Under the pieces are notes generated by a model. The model made no database searches. It worked only from the letters and a program-made list of their open reading frames with translations, and had not been told where the DNA came from. A stretch of 64,000 bases of DNA from Candidatus Moranbacteria bacterium UBA1362 (GTDB lineage Bacteria; Patescibacteriota; Minisyncoccia; Moranbacterales; GWC2-37-73): contig DBRS01000017.1 in NCBI GenBank assembly GCA_002306085.1, positions 1,482 through 65,481 of the forward strand, written 5' to 3'. Within the stretch, counting starts at the first letter, position 1. Every line of letters begins with the position of its first letter. The position numbers and the translations under genes were made by a program. Below, piece after piece: positions 9,556-19,247 of this stretch.

Positions 9556-12063
9556 TTACCGCCTCACCTTTACTTTAAGGCCCTCTTCCAGAGCTCTTGT
9601 AATCGCGCTTACCACATCATCTATTTCCTCGCTGGTCAAGGTCCTGTCATCGGCGCCCAAAATTATATGAAAAGCAAAGCTTGAAGTGCCGTCATCAAAA
9701 TCAATGGCATCAAACAAATCTACATCGAGCACGATGTTCCCGCCGGCCGCCTGAATGGTCTGCAATATTTCATCAACTTTTATTGTGCCGTCCGTAACCA
9801 TTGAGACATCCCTGGTGACGCTCGGAAACCTGTTAATCGGACTGTATTCCCTTTCTTGCTGCACGAAACTGAAAAGTTTTTGCATGTCAAATTCAAACAT
9901 AGCGACTCGAGTATGAATATTAAACTGCGCAAGAACAAACGGATTTATTTCTCCCATAAAACCTACGGCGTCTTCATGCCCTTCAATTTTCACTTCGGCG
10001 CTCCTGCTTTCATGCCATAATGATCTCGGCGTGTCGACAGGACTGCTGTTGAAGTTATCATAGTAATAATCCGTTATGCCGATCCGCGAAAGAAGGTTGT
10101 CTACCGAGGATTTTGCGATGAAGAAATTTGATTCATGCCTCTTTTCCCGCTTTTCTCCTTTTTTGCCCTTATTTTCGAGAATAATCGCGCCAACAAGCAT
10201 TTCCTTCTCTTCCGGTAAAATTTCCTTCAGTCTGCCTGCAGCGGAAGATTTTGTGGTTTTTCCCGAAATTTCTTGCGCAACTTGTTCGATGGCCAAGTTT
10301 TGGGCAGGCCAATATACCCTTCCTATTTCAAAAATTTCAAATTCCCTGAAATATTTGAGGTTTTCTCTGGTATTTTTGAGAATATTGGGAACGAGACTTA
10401 CTCTCATGAGAGCCTGATCGGGATTGGCCGGATTTTCCAGTTCAAGATGCTTGAGCGAACCGAGCTGAGCAAGATTGGCGTCGCGCTGTGAATAAAAAGA
10501 ATAGTTATACATTTCGGAAAATCCCTGCGAAACAAGTACGTCTTTCACGAGCCTTGCAAAAATCCTCTTTTCGTTTATCTTCGCCGGCTGAAGTGAAACG
10601 AGCGGCGCCCGCGATTTGATTTTTTCGTATCCGTAAATTCTTCCTATTTCTTCAATCAAATCCTCCTCGGTCCTGAGATCAAGCCTGAACGTGGGAATGC
10701 CGACGCTGATATTTTTTCCGGAACCCGCCACTTTTAGATCAAGAGATCTCAGGATTTTCTTGACCGTGCCGGCCGGAACAGTTTCCCCAAGAAGCTTGTT
10801 TGCATAATCAAGTCTCAGTTTAATTTTCCAAGGATTGACTTTTTTGGGATACACGTCTTTGACGCCTTCCAGCTCGGCGCCTGCAGTGTGCTCAAGAATT
10901 TCAATAATCCTTGCCATGGCTTTCTCGGCGATGTTCGAATCAATATCTTTTTCATAGCGCAAGGCCGCATCGCTTATTATTCCCAAACGCATCCTTGTGC
11001 GCCTTATGGAGCTGGCATTGAAATTCGCCGATTCTATTACGATCCTTTTTGTATTTTTCGAAACTCCGCTTCCAAGTCCGCCCATTACTCCGGCAAGAGC
11101 AATGGGTTCTTTTTCGTTAGCGATGACAATATCATTTTCACCAAGTTCTTTAACGCTTTCATCAAGAAGCTTAAGCTTTTCTCCTTTTGCAGCCTTTCGT
11201 ACTATAATATTGGCTTTTTGGCCGTCTGAAATTTTATCAAAATCAAAAGCATGCATAGGCTGCCCAAGTTCAAGCATCACATAGTTGGTCGCGTCAACAA
11301 TGTTGTTTATCGGCCTGATTCCTGACATTTTCAACCGATTTTGGATCCATTGAGGCGAATCTTCCACTGTTATCCCTTTCATCACGGCCCCGACGTAGCG
11401 AGGACAAAGATTTTTATCTTTCACTTCAATTAAAAGCGCTTCCGTTTTCTTTTTTGCAACGCCGAGTCCGTCATAATCATATTCAACTTTTTTTCCTTCG
11501 AGAGCCGCTATTTCGCGCGCCATGCCGACATGCGAGAGCGCGTCATGACCGCGATTTGCCAAAACATCAATTTCTATTGAAACGTCGTCAAGTCCAAAAA
11601 TTTTCGCGATGGGTTGCCCTAACTTGGCGTTCTTTTTTAAAATCATTATTCCGCTGTGATCGGTTCCCAGACCCAGCTCATCTTCCGCGCAAAGCATTCC
11701 GAACGATTTTACTCCCCTAATTTCGGCCTCTTTGATTTCAAAACCTTTCGATCCGCCCAAGGGCGAAGCGGGAAGTTTGGCTCCAACCAACGCGACGGGA
11801 ACCCTCTGTCCCACCTCGATATTCGGCGCTCCGCAAACGATCTGAAGCACTTCCTTGCCAATATTAACTTTTGCGATCCTGAGCTTGTCGGCATTCGGAT
11901 GTTTTGATATTTCCATGATTTCCCCCACGACCACGTCTTTTAAATTTTCCAACTTTTCAATCCCTTCGATTTCAAAAGAATGCAACATCAAATTGTCAGC
12001 CAGTTTTTCAACCGACATTTTCGTCCCTGATAATTCTTTGAGCCAATTGTAACTGTATTTCAT
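9556..12063 (-). CDS. pheT: Phenylalanyl-tRNA synthetase beta subunit
   Basis: 835 aa; tRNA-binding N-terminal domain, B3/B4, B5 and FDX-ACB regions; follows pheS. Confidence 0.88.
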   Translation of the reverse strand: MKYSYNWLKELSGTKMSVEKLADNLMLHSFEIEGIEKLENLKDVVVGEIMEISKHPNADKLRIAKVNIGKEVLQIVCGAPNIEVGQRVPVALVGAKLPASPLGGSKGFEIKEAEIRGVKSFGMLCAEDELGLGTDHSGIMILKKNAKLGQPIAKIFGLDDVSIEIDVLANRGHDALSHVGMAREIAALEGKKVEYDYDGLGVAKKKTEALLIEVKDKNLCPRYVGAVMKGITVEDSPQWIQNRLKMSGIRPINNIVDATNYVMLELGQPMHAFDFDKISDGQKANIIVRKAAKGEKLKLLDESVKELGENDIVIANEKEPIALAGVMGGLGSGVSKNTKRIVIESANFNASSIRRTRMRLGIISDAALRYEKDIDSNIAEKAMARIIEILEHTAGAELEGVKDVYPKKVNPWKIKLRLDYANKLLGETVPAGTVKKILRSLDLKVAGSGKNISVGIPTFRLDLRTEEDLIEEIGRIYGYEKIKSRAPLVSLQPAKINEKRIFARLVKDVLVSQGFSEMYNYSFYSQRDANLAQLGSLKHLELENPANPDQALMRVSLVPNILKNTRENLKYFREFEIFEIGRVYWPAQNLAIEQVAQEISGKTTKSSAAGRLKEILPEEKEMLVGAIILENKGKKGEKREKRHESNFFIAKSSVDNLLSRIGITDYYYDNFNSSPVDTPRSLWHESRSAEVKIEGHEDAVGFMGEINPFVLAQFNIHTRVAMFEFDMQKLFSFVQQEREYSPINRFPSVTRDVSMVTDGTIKVDEILQTIQAAGGNIVLDVDLFDAIDFDDGTSSFAFHIILGADDRTLTSEEIDDVVSAITRALEEGLKVKVRR

Positions 12064-12159
12064 TTCACTTATAACTTCACCAGCTCCGCTAGCTTCACCA
12101 GAATTTAGAAATTTGAATTTCCCAAAAACCGAAGAAGCTAAAAGCTAACAAAGTCAATC

Positions 12160-13194
12160 TTAGAACTGTTTTATAAATCTTATATCACCGCTATGAAAAA
12201 ATCTGATATCGGTAATTTTGTTGCGCATCATAAGAAGTCTTTCCAGTCCGAATCCCCACGCAAATCCCTGATATTTTCCTCTCGGATAGCCGGATGAGAC
12301 AAAAACATTCTGATTTACCATGCCCGCGCCTCCGACCTCAAGCCATCCTCCGCCTTTGCATGTTTGGCAGCCTTTTCCTCCGCAAACGGTGCAGCTTATG
12401 TCAAATTCAAAACTAGGTTCGGTGAACGGAAAAAAGCTTGGCCGCAGTCTCACTGTTATTTTTTTCTTGAAAAATCTGGAAAAAAATTGCTCGGCAATGA
12501 ATTTGAAGTTTGCCACACTCACATCTTCGCCAACCATAAGAGCTTCGAACTGATAAAAAGTGTGTTCGTGTTTGGCATCGGTAGCTTCATTGCGGAAGCA
12601 TTTTCCGGGAGATATTATCCGAAGCGGAGGTTCGTGATTTTCCATATGTCTTATCTGTACCGGGGAAGTATGCGGACGCAACAAAATTTTGTCTTTTTGT
12701 TCTCCGTCGCTTTTGATCCAAAACGTATCCCACTTGTCGCGCGCCGGATGATCGGGAGGCATATTGAGCGCATCAAAACTGTAAAAATCGGTTTCCACTT
12801 CCGGACCGTCTGCAATTTCAAATCCCAGCGAAATGAATATATCTTCCAATTCGTTCTGAATTTGCGTAAGCGGATGAAGATGCCCTCGTTTCATTTTAAC
12901 GGCAGGAATCGTAATATCGATTTTTTCAGCCGCAAAATCAAAACTTTTCTGTTTGATTTCCTGGCCTTTTTGCGCTAAAGCTTCCTCTATTTCCCTTTTG
13001 GCGGAGTTTGCAAGTTGTCCAACGGATTTTCTTTCGTCCGGCGAAAGATCCTTAAGCCCTTTCAGAATGGATGTGAATTCACTCTTCCTGCCCAAAAATT
13101 TCACCCTGATGGCGTTTATTTCATCCTCATTGGCGGCGCTTTGTATCTGCAAAATCGCCTCATTTCTGATTTTGTTTATTTTTTCGCTAAGCAT
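12160..13194 (-). CDS. pheS: Phenylalanyl-tRNA synthetase alpha subunit
   Basis: class II motifs (FRNEATD..., GFAWGFGLERL); 344 aa. Confidence 0.9.
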   Translation of the reverse strand: MLSEKINKIRNEAILQIQSAANEDEINAIRVKFLGRKSEFTSILKGLKDLSPDERKSVGQLANSAKREIEEALAQKGQEIKQKSFDFAAEKIDITIPAVKMKRGHLHPLTQIQNELEDIFISLGFEIADGPEVETDFYSFDALNMPPDHPARDKWDTFWIKSDGEQKDKILLRPHTSPVQIRHMENHEPPLRIISPGKCFRNEATDAKHEHTFYQFEALMVGEDVSVANFKFIAEQFFSRFFKKKITVRLRPSFFPFTEPSFEFDISCTVCGGKGCQTCKGGGWLEVGGAGMVNQNVFVSSGYPRGKYQGFAWGFGLERLLMMRNKITDIRFFHSGDIRFIKQF

Positions 13195-13202
13195 AGAAAA
13201 AA

Positions 13203-13643
13203 TTAAATATTTTTGAGATAATCTTCAATTATTTTGTTATGATCAAACGCCAATCGCGGCAAAGATTTCAGTGATTCCCATTTATAGTCATCAACATCAC
13301 TTCCTATTTTTACATTCCCTTCAATTTCTGCGGCAAAAGCTACATTTATATTCTGATCGGGATGCCTGCCTGGAGCGCTATACACTCCAATTATCTTTGA
13401 AGATTTTACGGATACGCCCAATTCCTCCAATACCTCACGCTTTACCGAATCTTCAACCGTTTCATCCCATTCTATGTACCCCCCGGGAAGAGCCCAATAT
13501 CCCTTGAACGGCTCGCTTCCTCTTTTTATAAGCAAGATTTTGCCGTTCTTGATAATAACGGCATCCACAGTAACGTTTCTGCCGGCAAACCTTCCGCATT
13601 TTGGACACGGTTTATTATTTTTCAAGTGCATACTACTTTTCAA
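13203..13643 (-). CDS. Nudix hydrolase with N-terminal CxxC
   Basis: Nudix box GGYIEWDETVEDSVKREVLEELG. Confidence 0.8.
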   Translation of the reverse strand: MKSSMHLKNNKPCPKCGRFAGRNVTVDAVIIKNGKILLIKRGSEPFKGYWALPGGYIEWDETVEDSVKREVLEELGVSVKSSKIIGVYSAPGRHPDQNINVAFAAEIEGNVKIGSDVDDYKWESLKSLPRLAFDHNKIIEDYLKNI

Positions 13644-14859
13644 ATTTTATTCTAACAAATCCCATTTTGCCTATCTTTAAAACCTTTTGGTCTTTTTCTT
13701 TCGTGACGACGCTTTGCACATCGGTTATTTTCTCATCGTCTAATGATACGCCTCCTTGTTCTATTTTTCTTCTCGCGTCGCTAAGACTCTTCGCATTTTT
13801 TGATTCCAAAATGAGCTGCGCGAGCTTTATGGAATCGCCCTTGACAACAAATTTCGGAGCTTCAGCAGGAATTTCTTTTTTTGAAAAAGTATTGATAAAA
13901 TACTGGCGAGCTTTGCGAGACTCCGTTTCCCCGTGATAAAGCTTCACTATTTCTCCTGCAAGGCGCAGTTTTGCATCGCGCGGATTAAGTTTTTCATCAT
14001 CCATCTCTTTTTTTATCTTTTCCACCTCATCAAGTGGCACTCTGGTGCAACTTATGAAATATTTCACAATAAGATCATCGCCCACGCTCATCACCTTACC
14101 AAACATGGTGTTTGGATCGTCCGTAATGTTGACTGTATTCCCCCAGCTCGAACTCATCTTTCGTCCGTCTATACCTTCAATAAGCTCATTTAATATTATG
14201 TCTTGCGGTTTTTGTCCGAAATGTTTCTGCATTTCCCTGCCTGCGAGGATATTGAACTTTTGATCTGTTCCTCCTATTTCAACATCCGCCTTAATCATTA
14301 CGCTGTCATATCCCTGCATAAGAGGATACAGAACTTCCCTGAGAGAAACTCTTTTTCCCGCGGTCAATCTTTTCCTGATATTTTCACGCGCGGAAAACTC
14401 AGCAAGAGAAAAAATATTTGCCTGCTCAGATATTTCAGAATACGTAAGCTTTCCAAGCCATTCGGAATTCCTGTGTGATTCAACTTTATTCATGTCCAAA
14501 ATCTTTCCAGCCTGCTGGAGATATGTCCTAAGATTGGACTCGACCGTTTCTTTTGAAAGCATGGGCCTTTCGCTTTCCTTGTCGGAAGTATCTCCAATTT
14601 GAGCGGTGAAATCTCCAATAATGAATACTATCTGATGTCCAAGTTGTTGCAAGTCGCGAAGTTTTAAAAGCGTAACGGCGCGGCCGAGATGAATATTCGA
14701 ACTTGTGGGATCAATTCCGAGCTTCACCCTGAGTTTCTCTCCGGCAAGAAGCCTTTTTTTAAGGTTTTCTTTGTCTATCACCTCTGTCACTCCTCGCGTG
14801 AGAATTTCATCAATTTGTTTTTCCAAGTTTTTGTCCATATACAGCCATAATAGCAACAA
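13633..14859 (-). CDS. tyrS: Tyrosyl-tRNA synthetase
   Basis: HIGH-type motif (SSNIHLG) and KMSKS-type motif (KMSSS), C-terminal S4-like domain. Confidence 0.88.
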   Translation of the reverse strand: MLLLWLYMDKNLEKQIDEILTRGVTEVIDKENLKKRLLAGEKLRVKLGIDPTSSNIHLGRAVTLLKLRDLQQLGHQIVFIIGDFTAQIGDTSDKESERPMLSKETVESNLRTYLQQAGKILDMNKVESHRNSEWLGKLTYSEISEQANIFSLAEFSARENIRKRLTAGKRVSLREVLYPLMQGYDSVMIKADVEIGGTDQKFNILAGREMQKHFGQKPQDIILNELIEGIDGRKMSSSWGNTVNITDDPNTMFGKVMSVGDDLIVKYFISCTRVPLDEVEKIKKEMDDEKLNPRDAKLRLAGEIVKLYHGETESRKARQYFINTFSKKEIPAEAPKFVVKGDSIKLAQLILESKNAKSLSDARRKIEQGGVSLDDEKITDVQSVVTKEKDQKVLKIGKMGFVRIKFEK

Positions 14860-15031
14860 AACGGCTTGGATGCAATATGCTTCAGACGCAATCTATTGAC
14901 AAATTATTCTTCTGTTGCATAATAAAAATAATATAGGATTTTCATCACGAATTATCTATATTTAGTTACTAGTAGTTTAAAAAATTTAATTAAAGTGCCG
15001 TGGAACATCTTTTAAAACAAGGAGGTTGAAA

Positions 15032-15742
15032 TTGAAAAAATGTCTGATGTCTCTGCGGTTATGGCATCTGAGATTGGAGAAGCAGAAAGGATTGATTTTT
15101 CTGGCGCTGTCTGCGTTCTCATTCGCAGGATGCATAATCTTCGGCGAATTCTTGGCGCCACATAGCAATGCCCTTTTGCTTTTTCCGGCAAAAGCGGTAA
15201 AATGTTTCGGTTTCTCTTTTCTTGTATTTGGAATGTTGCTGATTCTCTTCGGAAACAATAGTTGCCCGAGAGATTCTCTCACGGGACTGATCAACGGACG
15301 AATCTTCATGGAAACCGAAATGAAACGCCGTCGCTCGCTATTAGCCACAGAAAGCAGATTTGTCATCTTTTTCATTGACATAGACGGCCTCAAAAAAATA
15401 AACGACATCCACGGGCATAGGGCGGGAGACGAAGCAATTTTGGCTGTCGTAGCATGCATCAAGAAAATTCTTCGAAAAAATGACATTTTCATACGCTACG
15501 GCGGAGATGAATTTGTGGTGGCAACCACTTTCAGCAAAGACTCTTTGGATTATGACCCATGCGCCTTTGAGTTTAGAATCAGAGAATCTGTAAGGACCCA
15601 TCAGTTATTCTTCGAAGACGTACGAATACCTCTTTCAGTGTCCATAGGCAGAGAAGTATTCGAACCGCGCATGGACATAGACAAAGCAATAAAACTTGCC
15701 GACGAGAAAATGTATGAAGAAAAAAAGCGAAAAGCAGCATGA
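15032..15742 (+). CDS. Membrane-anchored GGDEF-domain diguanylate cyclase (start adjusted to TTG/ATG 6-20 nt after AAGGAGG RBS)
   Basis: two N-terminal TM helices; GGDEF domain with intact RYGGDEF active site; RBS AAGGAGG at 15019-15025. Confidence 0.75.
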   Translation: MKKCLMSLRLWHLRLEKQKGLIFLALSAFSFAGCIIFGEFLAPHSNALLLFPAKAVKCFGFSFLVFGMLLILFGNNSCPRDSLTGLINGRIFMETEMKRRRSLLATESRFVIFFIDIDGLKKINDIHGHRAGDEAILAVVACIKKILRKNDIFIRYGGDEFVVATTFSKDSLDYDPCAFEFRIRESVRTHQLFFEDVRIPLSVSIGREVFEPRMDIDKAIKLADEKMYEEKKRKAA

Positions 15743-15788
15743 AAAAAAGCCGGGAAGGTATACACCTATCCCGGCTTATATTTTTTCT
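15741..15788. terminator. Bidirectional rho-independent terminator (GGDEF gene + / small ORF -)
   Basis: AAAAAAAGCCGGGA-loop-TCCCGGCTTATATTTTTTCT, 8-bp GC-rich stem. Confidence 0.7.
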
Positions 15789-15796
15789 GGATGATT

Positions 15797-16069
15797 TTAG
15801 AGTAATCCTAATCTTTTTTTTGCTTCAAAAACCTGATGCGAGTTCATCTGCCCGGATTTCTGCATGGCTTCAAGAGTTTTAAGGATTTCAGCCTTGTTTT
15901 TCTGGATATTTTTTGGTGTCATTACCTTTTTTATAAGTTTGCCTCTTTCTTCGGGACTCATCTTTTCAAGTTTTTTCATTGCCATTCTCTGCATGAAACT
16001 CATGTTCTGCGGATCCAGAGGATTATCAGTTTTTTTATCTTTATCTTTTTTCTTAAAAATATTAAACAT
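15797..16069 (-). CDS. Hypothetical Lys-rich small protein (90 aa)
   Basis: ORF on dominant strand between terminator and secF; no motif. Confidence 0.35.
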   Translation of the reverse strand: MFNIFKKKDKDKKTDNPLDPQNMSFMQRMAMKKLEKMSPEERGKLIKKVMTPKNIQKNKAEILKTLEAMQKSGQMNSHQVFEAKKRLGLL

Positions 16070-16158
16070 ACTTTTAAAATTGTTAATTTGATATTTTGAT
16101 TATTAAGTCTTATGAATGAAAAACAAACTTACTGCTTATAGCATTTGTTATCTAAGGC

Positions 16159-17055
16159 TTATTTTTTTACCATCAGATTATAACTCGTCACAAGCAATGC
16201 CGACGCGATGAATATGGAAGAATATGTTCCGATAATGACACCTATGAGCAGTGCCAGCGCGAAATATTTTATCGACAAGCCTCCAAAAAGATATATTGCC
16301 AGCAGCGTTATCACCACAGTCAGCGAAGTATTAATCGAACGAACAAGAGTTTCATTAAGACTCCTATTTACTACGTCCGAAAAGCCTTCTTTATTCGACC
16401 CCCTGAGAAGATTCTCCCTTGTCCTGTCATAGACCACAATCGTATCGTGCACGGAAAATCCTAATATTGTCAAAAGTGCGGCTATGAACGGTATTCCGAT
16501 TTCCACCCCGTAGAAATGTCCGAGCACTGAAAACACTCCTGTTGTGATCAAGATGTCATGAGCGAGAGCAATCGCTGCGCCAAGTCCATATTTCCATGAT
16601 TCGACAGGGCGCGAAACCTTGCGGAAAGCCCAAGCAATATACGCCATGATCATCGCTATCGCCAACGCGATTGCTTGGAGCGATTTTGATTTGAGCTCTT
16701 TAGACACCGTGGAATTTATGAAATCCACGCTTTGTTGTGTGGCACCCGAATATTTTTCTCTGATAGCGTTCCAAACATCATCATTTGTTTTGTCATCATC
16801 CGCGGAATATCTAATGAGCGCTATATTTCCGTCCGAAGCTTGAATTATTAGACTGCCCAAATTTAAATGCTGAAGAGTTTCTGAAATTTCTTGATTGGAC
16901 GGAACGCTATCGGCAAATCCAACCTTCATAAGCGTCCCTCCTGTAAAGTCGATGTCATATTTAAGTCCCCAAAAAGACAAACTCAAAATACTGGCAAAAA
17001 CAAGTATTCCCGAAAATATATAAGCGTATTTGGCTTTACCGATAATATTGAACAT
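16159..17055 (-). CDS. secF: Protein translocase subunit SecF
   Basis: 6-TM SecD/F family C-terminal domain; immediately downstream of secD. Confidence 0.85.
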   Translation of the reverse strand: MFNIIGKAKYAYIFSGILVFASILSLSFWGLKYDIDFTGGTLMKVGFADSVPSNQEISETLQHLNLGSLIIQASDGNIALIRYSADDDKTNDDVWNAIREKYSGATQQSVDFINSTVSKELKSKSLQAIALAIAMIMAYIAWAFRKVSRPVESWKYGLGAAIALAHDILITTGVFSVLGHFYGVEIGIPFIAALLTILGFSVHDTIVVYDRTRENLLRGSNKEGFSDVVNRSLNETLVRSINTSLTVVITLLAIYLFGGLSIKYFALALLIGVIIGTYSSIFIASALLVTSYNLMVKK

Positions 17056-17117
17056 GTTCGTAAAATTTCTACCAATGTCTAAATATTTAATAAACCGAAT
17101 TTGTTAGAAATTAGCCA

Positions 17118-18812
17118 TTAAGTATTGGAAATTTTCACATCTTTTTTTCTGATGCCCACTATCCATACTCTCTCATGTATCCAATCGCTAACCAAAAACC
17201 TCAGCATGGTGCGAGTTATCACGATGGCTGTAAACATGGAAACGGCAACTCCGATAAAAAGAGATGCTGCGAATCCTTTCACGAAACCCGTACCCATGAA
17301 ATAGAGGATTCCCGCAGTCAACATGGATGATACGTTTCCGTCACGAATCGAAGTCCATGCGCGCTTGAATCCTTCTTCAATGGCGTTCTGCACAGTCCTC
17401 CCTCTTTTTATTTCTTCTTTCGTGCGTTCAAAAATCAAGATGTTTGCGTCAACGGCCATTCCAATGGAAAGAATAAATCCAGCGATTCCGGACAACGTCA
17501 GAGTAATCCCGCTGAATTTAAAAATAGTTATCATAAGTGCGGTATAGATCAGAAGCGAAATCGAAGCTACAAAGCCCAAAAACCTATAGAAAATAATCAT
17601 AAAAACTGTAACAGCAGCAAGTCCAACAACACCAGCAATAAGGCTTTTCTGGAGCGATTCAATGCCAAGAGACGCCTCGACGCTCTGTTGAGAAACAAGC
17701 GTTAACGGCACAGGCAATGCTCCCTGATTCAATCTTTCGGCTATTTCCTTGGCTTCTTGAAAAGTGTAATTACCGGTGATAACCGCCTGTCCGTTGGTTA
17801 TTTCTGATTGCACAACAGGAGCAATTTGAAGCTCTCCATCAAGAAATATCGCTATTTGCTTGCCCAGATTTTTTTTCGTAAGTTCGGCAAAAAGCTTAGT
17901 TCCCTCATCGTCGAACTGGAGCGCCACTTCCGGCTCTCCCAATCCCTGACCTTGGGAATATTGAGCCGTTGCAAATTTCAAATTCTTTCCGGAAAGACCG
18001 GTATCTTTATATATAAACTGTTCATATTGATATGGATCGTGTTTTGCAAAAAGGATATGGGCGGCATGAACTTCCCTCTCGTCCCCCTCACCTCTTGATT
18101 CAATAAACTTGATGATGTGCCAGCCGAATTGTGTTTCAACAAGTTCAGGATAAATTTCTCCCGATTTCAAACCCTTTTCAAAAAGCACTTCGTCAAATTC
18201 GGAAACAAATTGTCCCTTTTTTGCAAAATCAAGATCTCCCCCATTTTCTTTTGATCCCGGATCCTCACTATTATCTTTTGCGAGTTGTGAGAAATCTCCT
18301 CCATTTTTCACTTCTTCAAGAACTTTCTGCGCCTTCTCCTTCGCCTGCTTGTTTATCTGATCAAACATGTCTTTGGTCGATTGATCCGGTTCGCCCTCTT
18401 CTTTGAACTCCAAAAGCGGCGCATCTTTTATTTTTTCTTTCGCCTGCTCAATATCTTTTATACCGGGAAGCTCAACAATCACTCTGTGCTCATTGCCGCT
18501 TTTTGCTGTTTGCACCAACGGTTCGCCGACACCAAAAGCGTTGATTCTCCTTTCGATCACATCCTGCGCCCCCTGAAGCGCTTCATCAACATGCGACGAA
18601 TCTATGTTTGAAATATCCGCCTTATATTCCAAATGTATCCCTCCCTGCAGATCAAGGCCGAGATTAATTTTCAACCTGCTGATGGCATTATATGCCGGAG
18701 GAGCAAATTTCAGCACTTCGGGATATGAAAACAAGCCCGCAAAAACGGCCAGCAAAACGGTTCCCGCAAACTGAAGTTGTAGTTTCTTTTTCGCGCTTGT
18801 CATAGTTGGCAT
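17118..18812 (-). CDS. secD: Protein translocase subunit SecD carrying an inserted parvulin-type PPIase domain in the periplasmic head
   Basis: SecD motifs GLDLQGG, AIFLDG; insertion VLEEVKNGGDFSQLAKDNSEDPGSKENGGDLDF...FGWHIIKF matches the PpiC/PrsA rotamase signature. Confidence 0.8.
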   Translation of the reverse strand: MPTMTSAKKKLQLQFAGTVLLAVFAGLFSYPEVLKFAPPAYNAISRLKINLGLDLQGGIHLEYKADISNIDSSHVDEALQGAQDVIERRINAFGVGEPLVQTAKSGNEHRVIVELPGIKDIEQAKEKIKDAPLLEFKEEGEPDQSTKDMFDQINKQAKEKAQKVLEEVKNGGDFSQLAKDNSEDPGSKENGGDLDFAKKGQFVSEFDEVLFEKGLKSGEIYPELVETQFGWHIIKFIESRGEGDEREVHAAHILFAKHDPYQYEQFIYKDTGLSGKNLKFATAQYSQGQGLGEPEVALQFDDEGTKLFAELTKKNLGKQIAIFLDGELQIAPVVQSEITNGQAVITGNYTFQEAKEIAERLNQGALPVPLTLVSQQSVEASLGIESLQKSLIAGVVGLAAVTVFMIIFYRFLGFVASISLLIYTALMITIFKFSGITLTLSGIAGFILSIGMAVDANILIFERTKEEIKRGRTVQNAIEEGFKRAWTSIRDGNVSSMLTAGILYFMGTGFVKGFAASLFIGVAVSMFTAIVITRTMLRFLVSDWIHERVWIVGIRKKDVKISNT

Positions 18813-18919
18813 TATATATTAAGCCTGCGGATAAGGCAATAATAGCCTTACAGAGATAAAATATGCAAAATTTCTTTGCATTTTTGCAAATTTATGCAGG
18901 CTTTGTAATTATGCAAGCT

Positions 18920-19183
18920 TTACGGTTCTGGCAGTTTCTCTTTATGCCTTTCCAGTTGCTCCTTTATTTCCCCCCAACGAGAATCCAGGTCGCTTTTTAT
19001 TTTTTCGAGATTTTCATCCGGATGAAAAAAACCAAACGCTCTTTTTTCTTCCACAATTTCATCAACCAGCCCTTTGTATTCTTCATATGAAGTTATTTTT
19101 TCAAAAGCGACTCGCTGTCTCAGATCGCTCAAGAGCTGCTCTTCCGAATACTCCCCACCTGTATATGTTTCGAGTTTTTTCAT
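18920..19183 (-). CDS. Hypothetical acidic small protein (87 aa)
   Basis: ORF between secA and secD, same strand. Confidence 0.35.
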   Translation of the reverse strand: MKKLETYTGGEYSEEQLLSDLRQRVAFEKITSYEEYKGLVDEIVEEKRAFGFFHPDENLEKIKSDLDSRWGEIKEQLERHKEKLPEP

Positions 19184-19247
19184 GGATTATTTTTTGGCTG
19201 CTTATGAAAGATAGTACATCGCGGTCTTTTTTATTTTTTCACATAAC

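Noticed and set aside
14860-15025. Looked for T-box leader upstream of tyrS/pheS/pheT/alaS
   Set aside because: Leaders are 50-170 nt, too short for a T-box, and no AGGGTGGNACCGCG-type T-box motif seen.
14986-15492. 168-aa minus-strand ORF antisense to the GGDEF gene
   Set aside because: Fully overlapped by the plus-strand GGDEF protein with clear domain signature; antisense ORF has no motif and biased composition.
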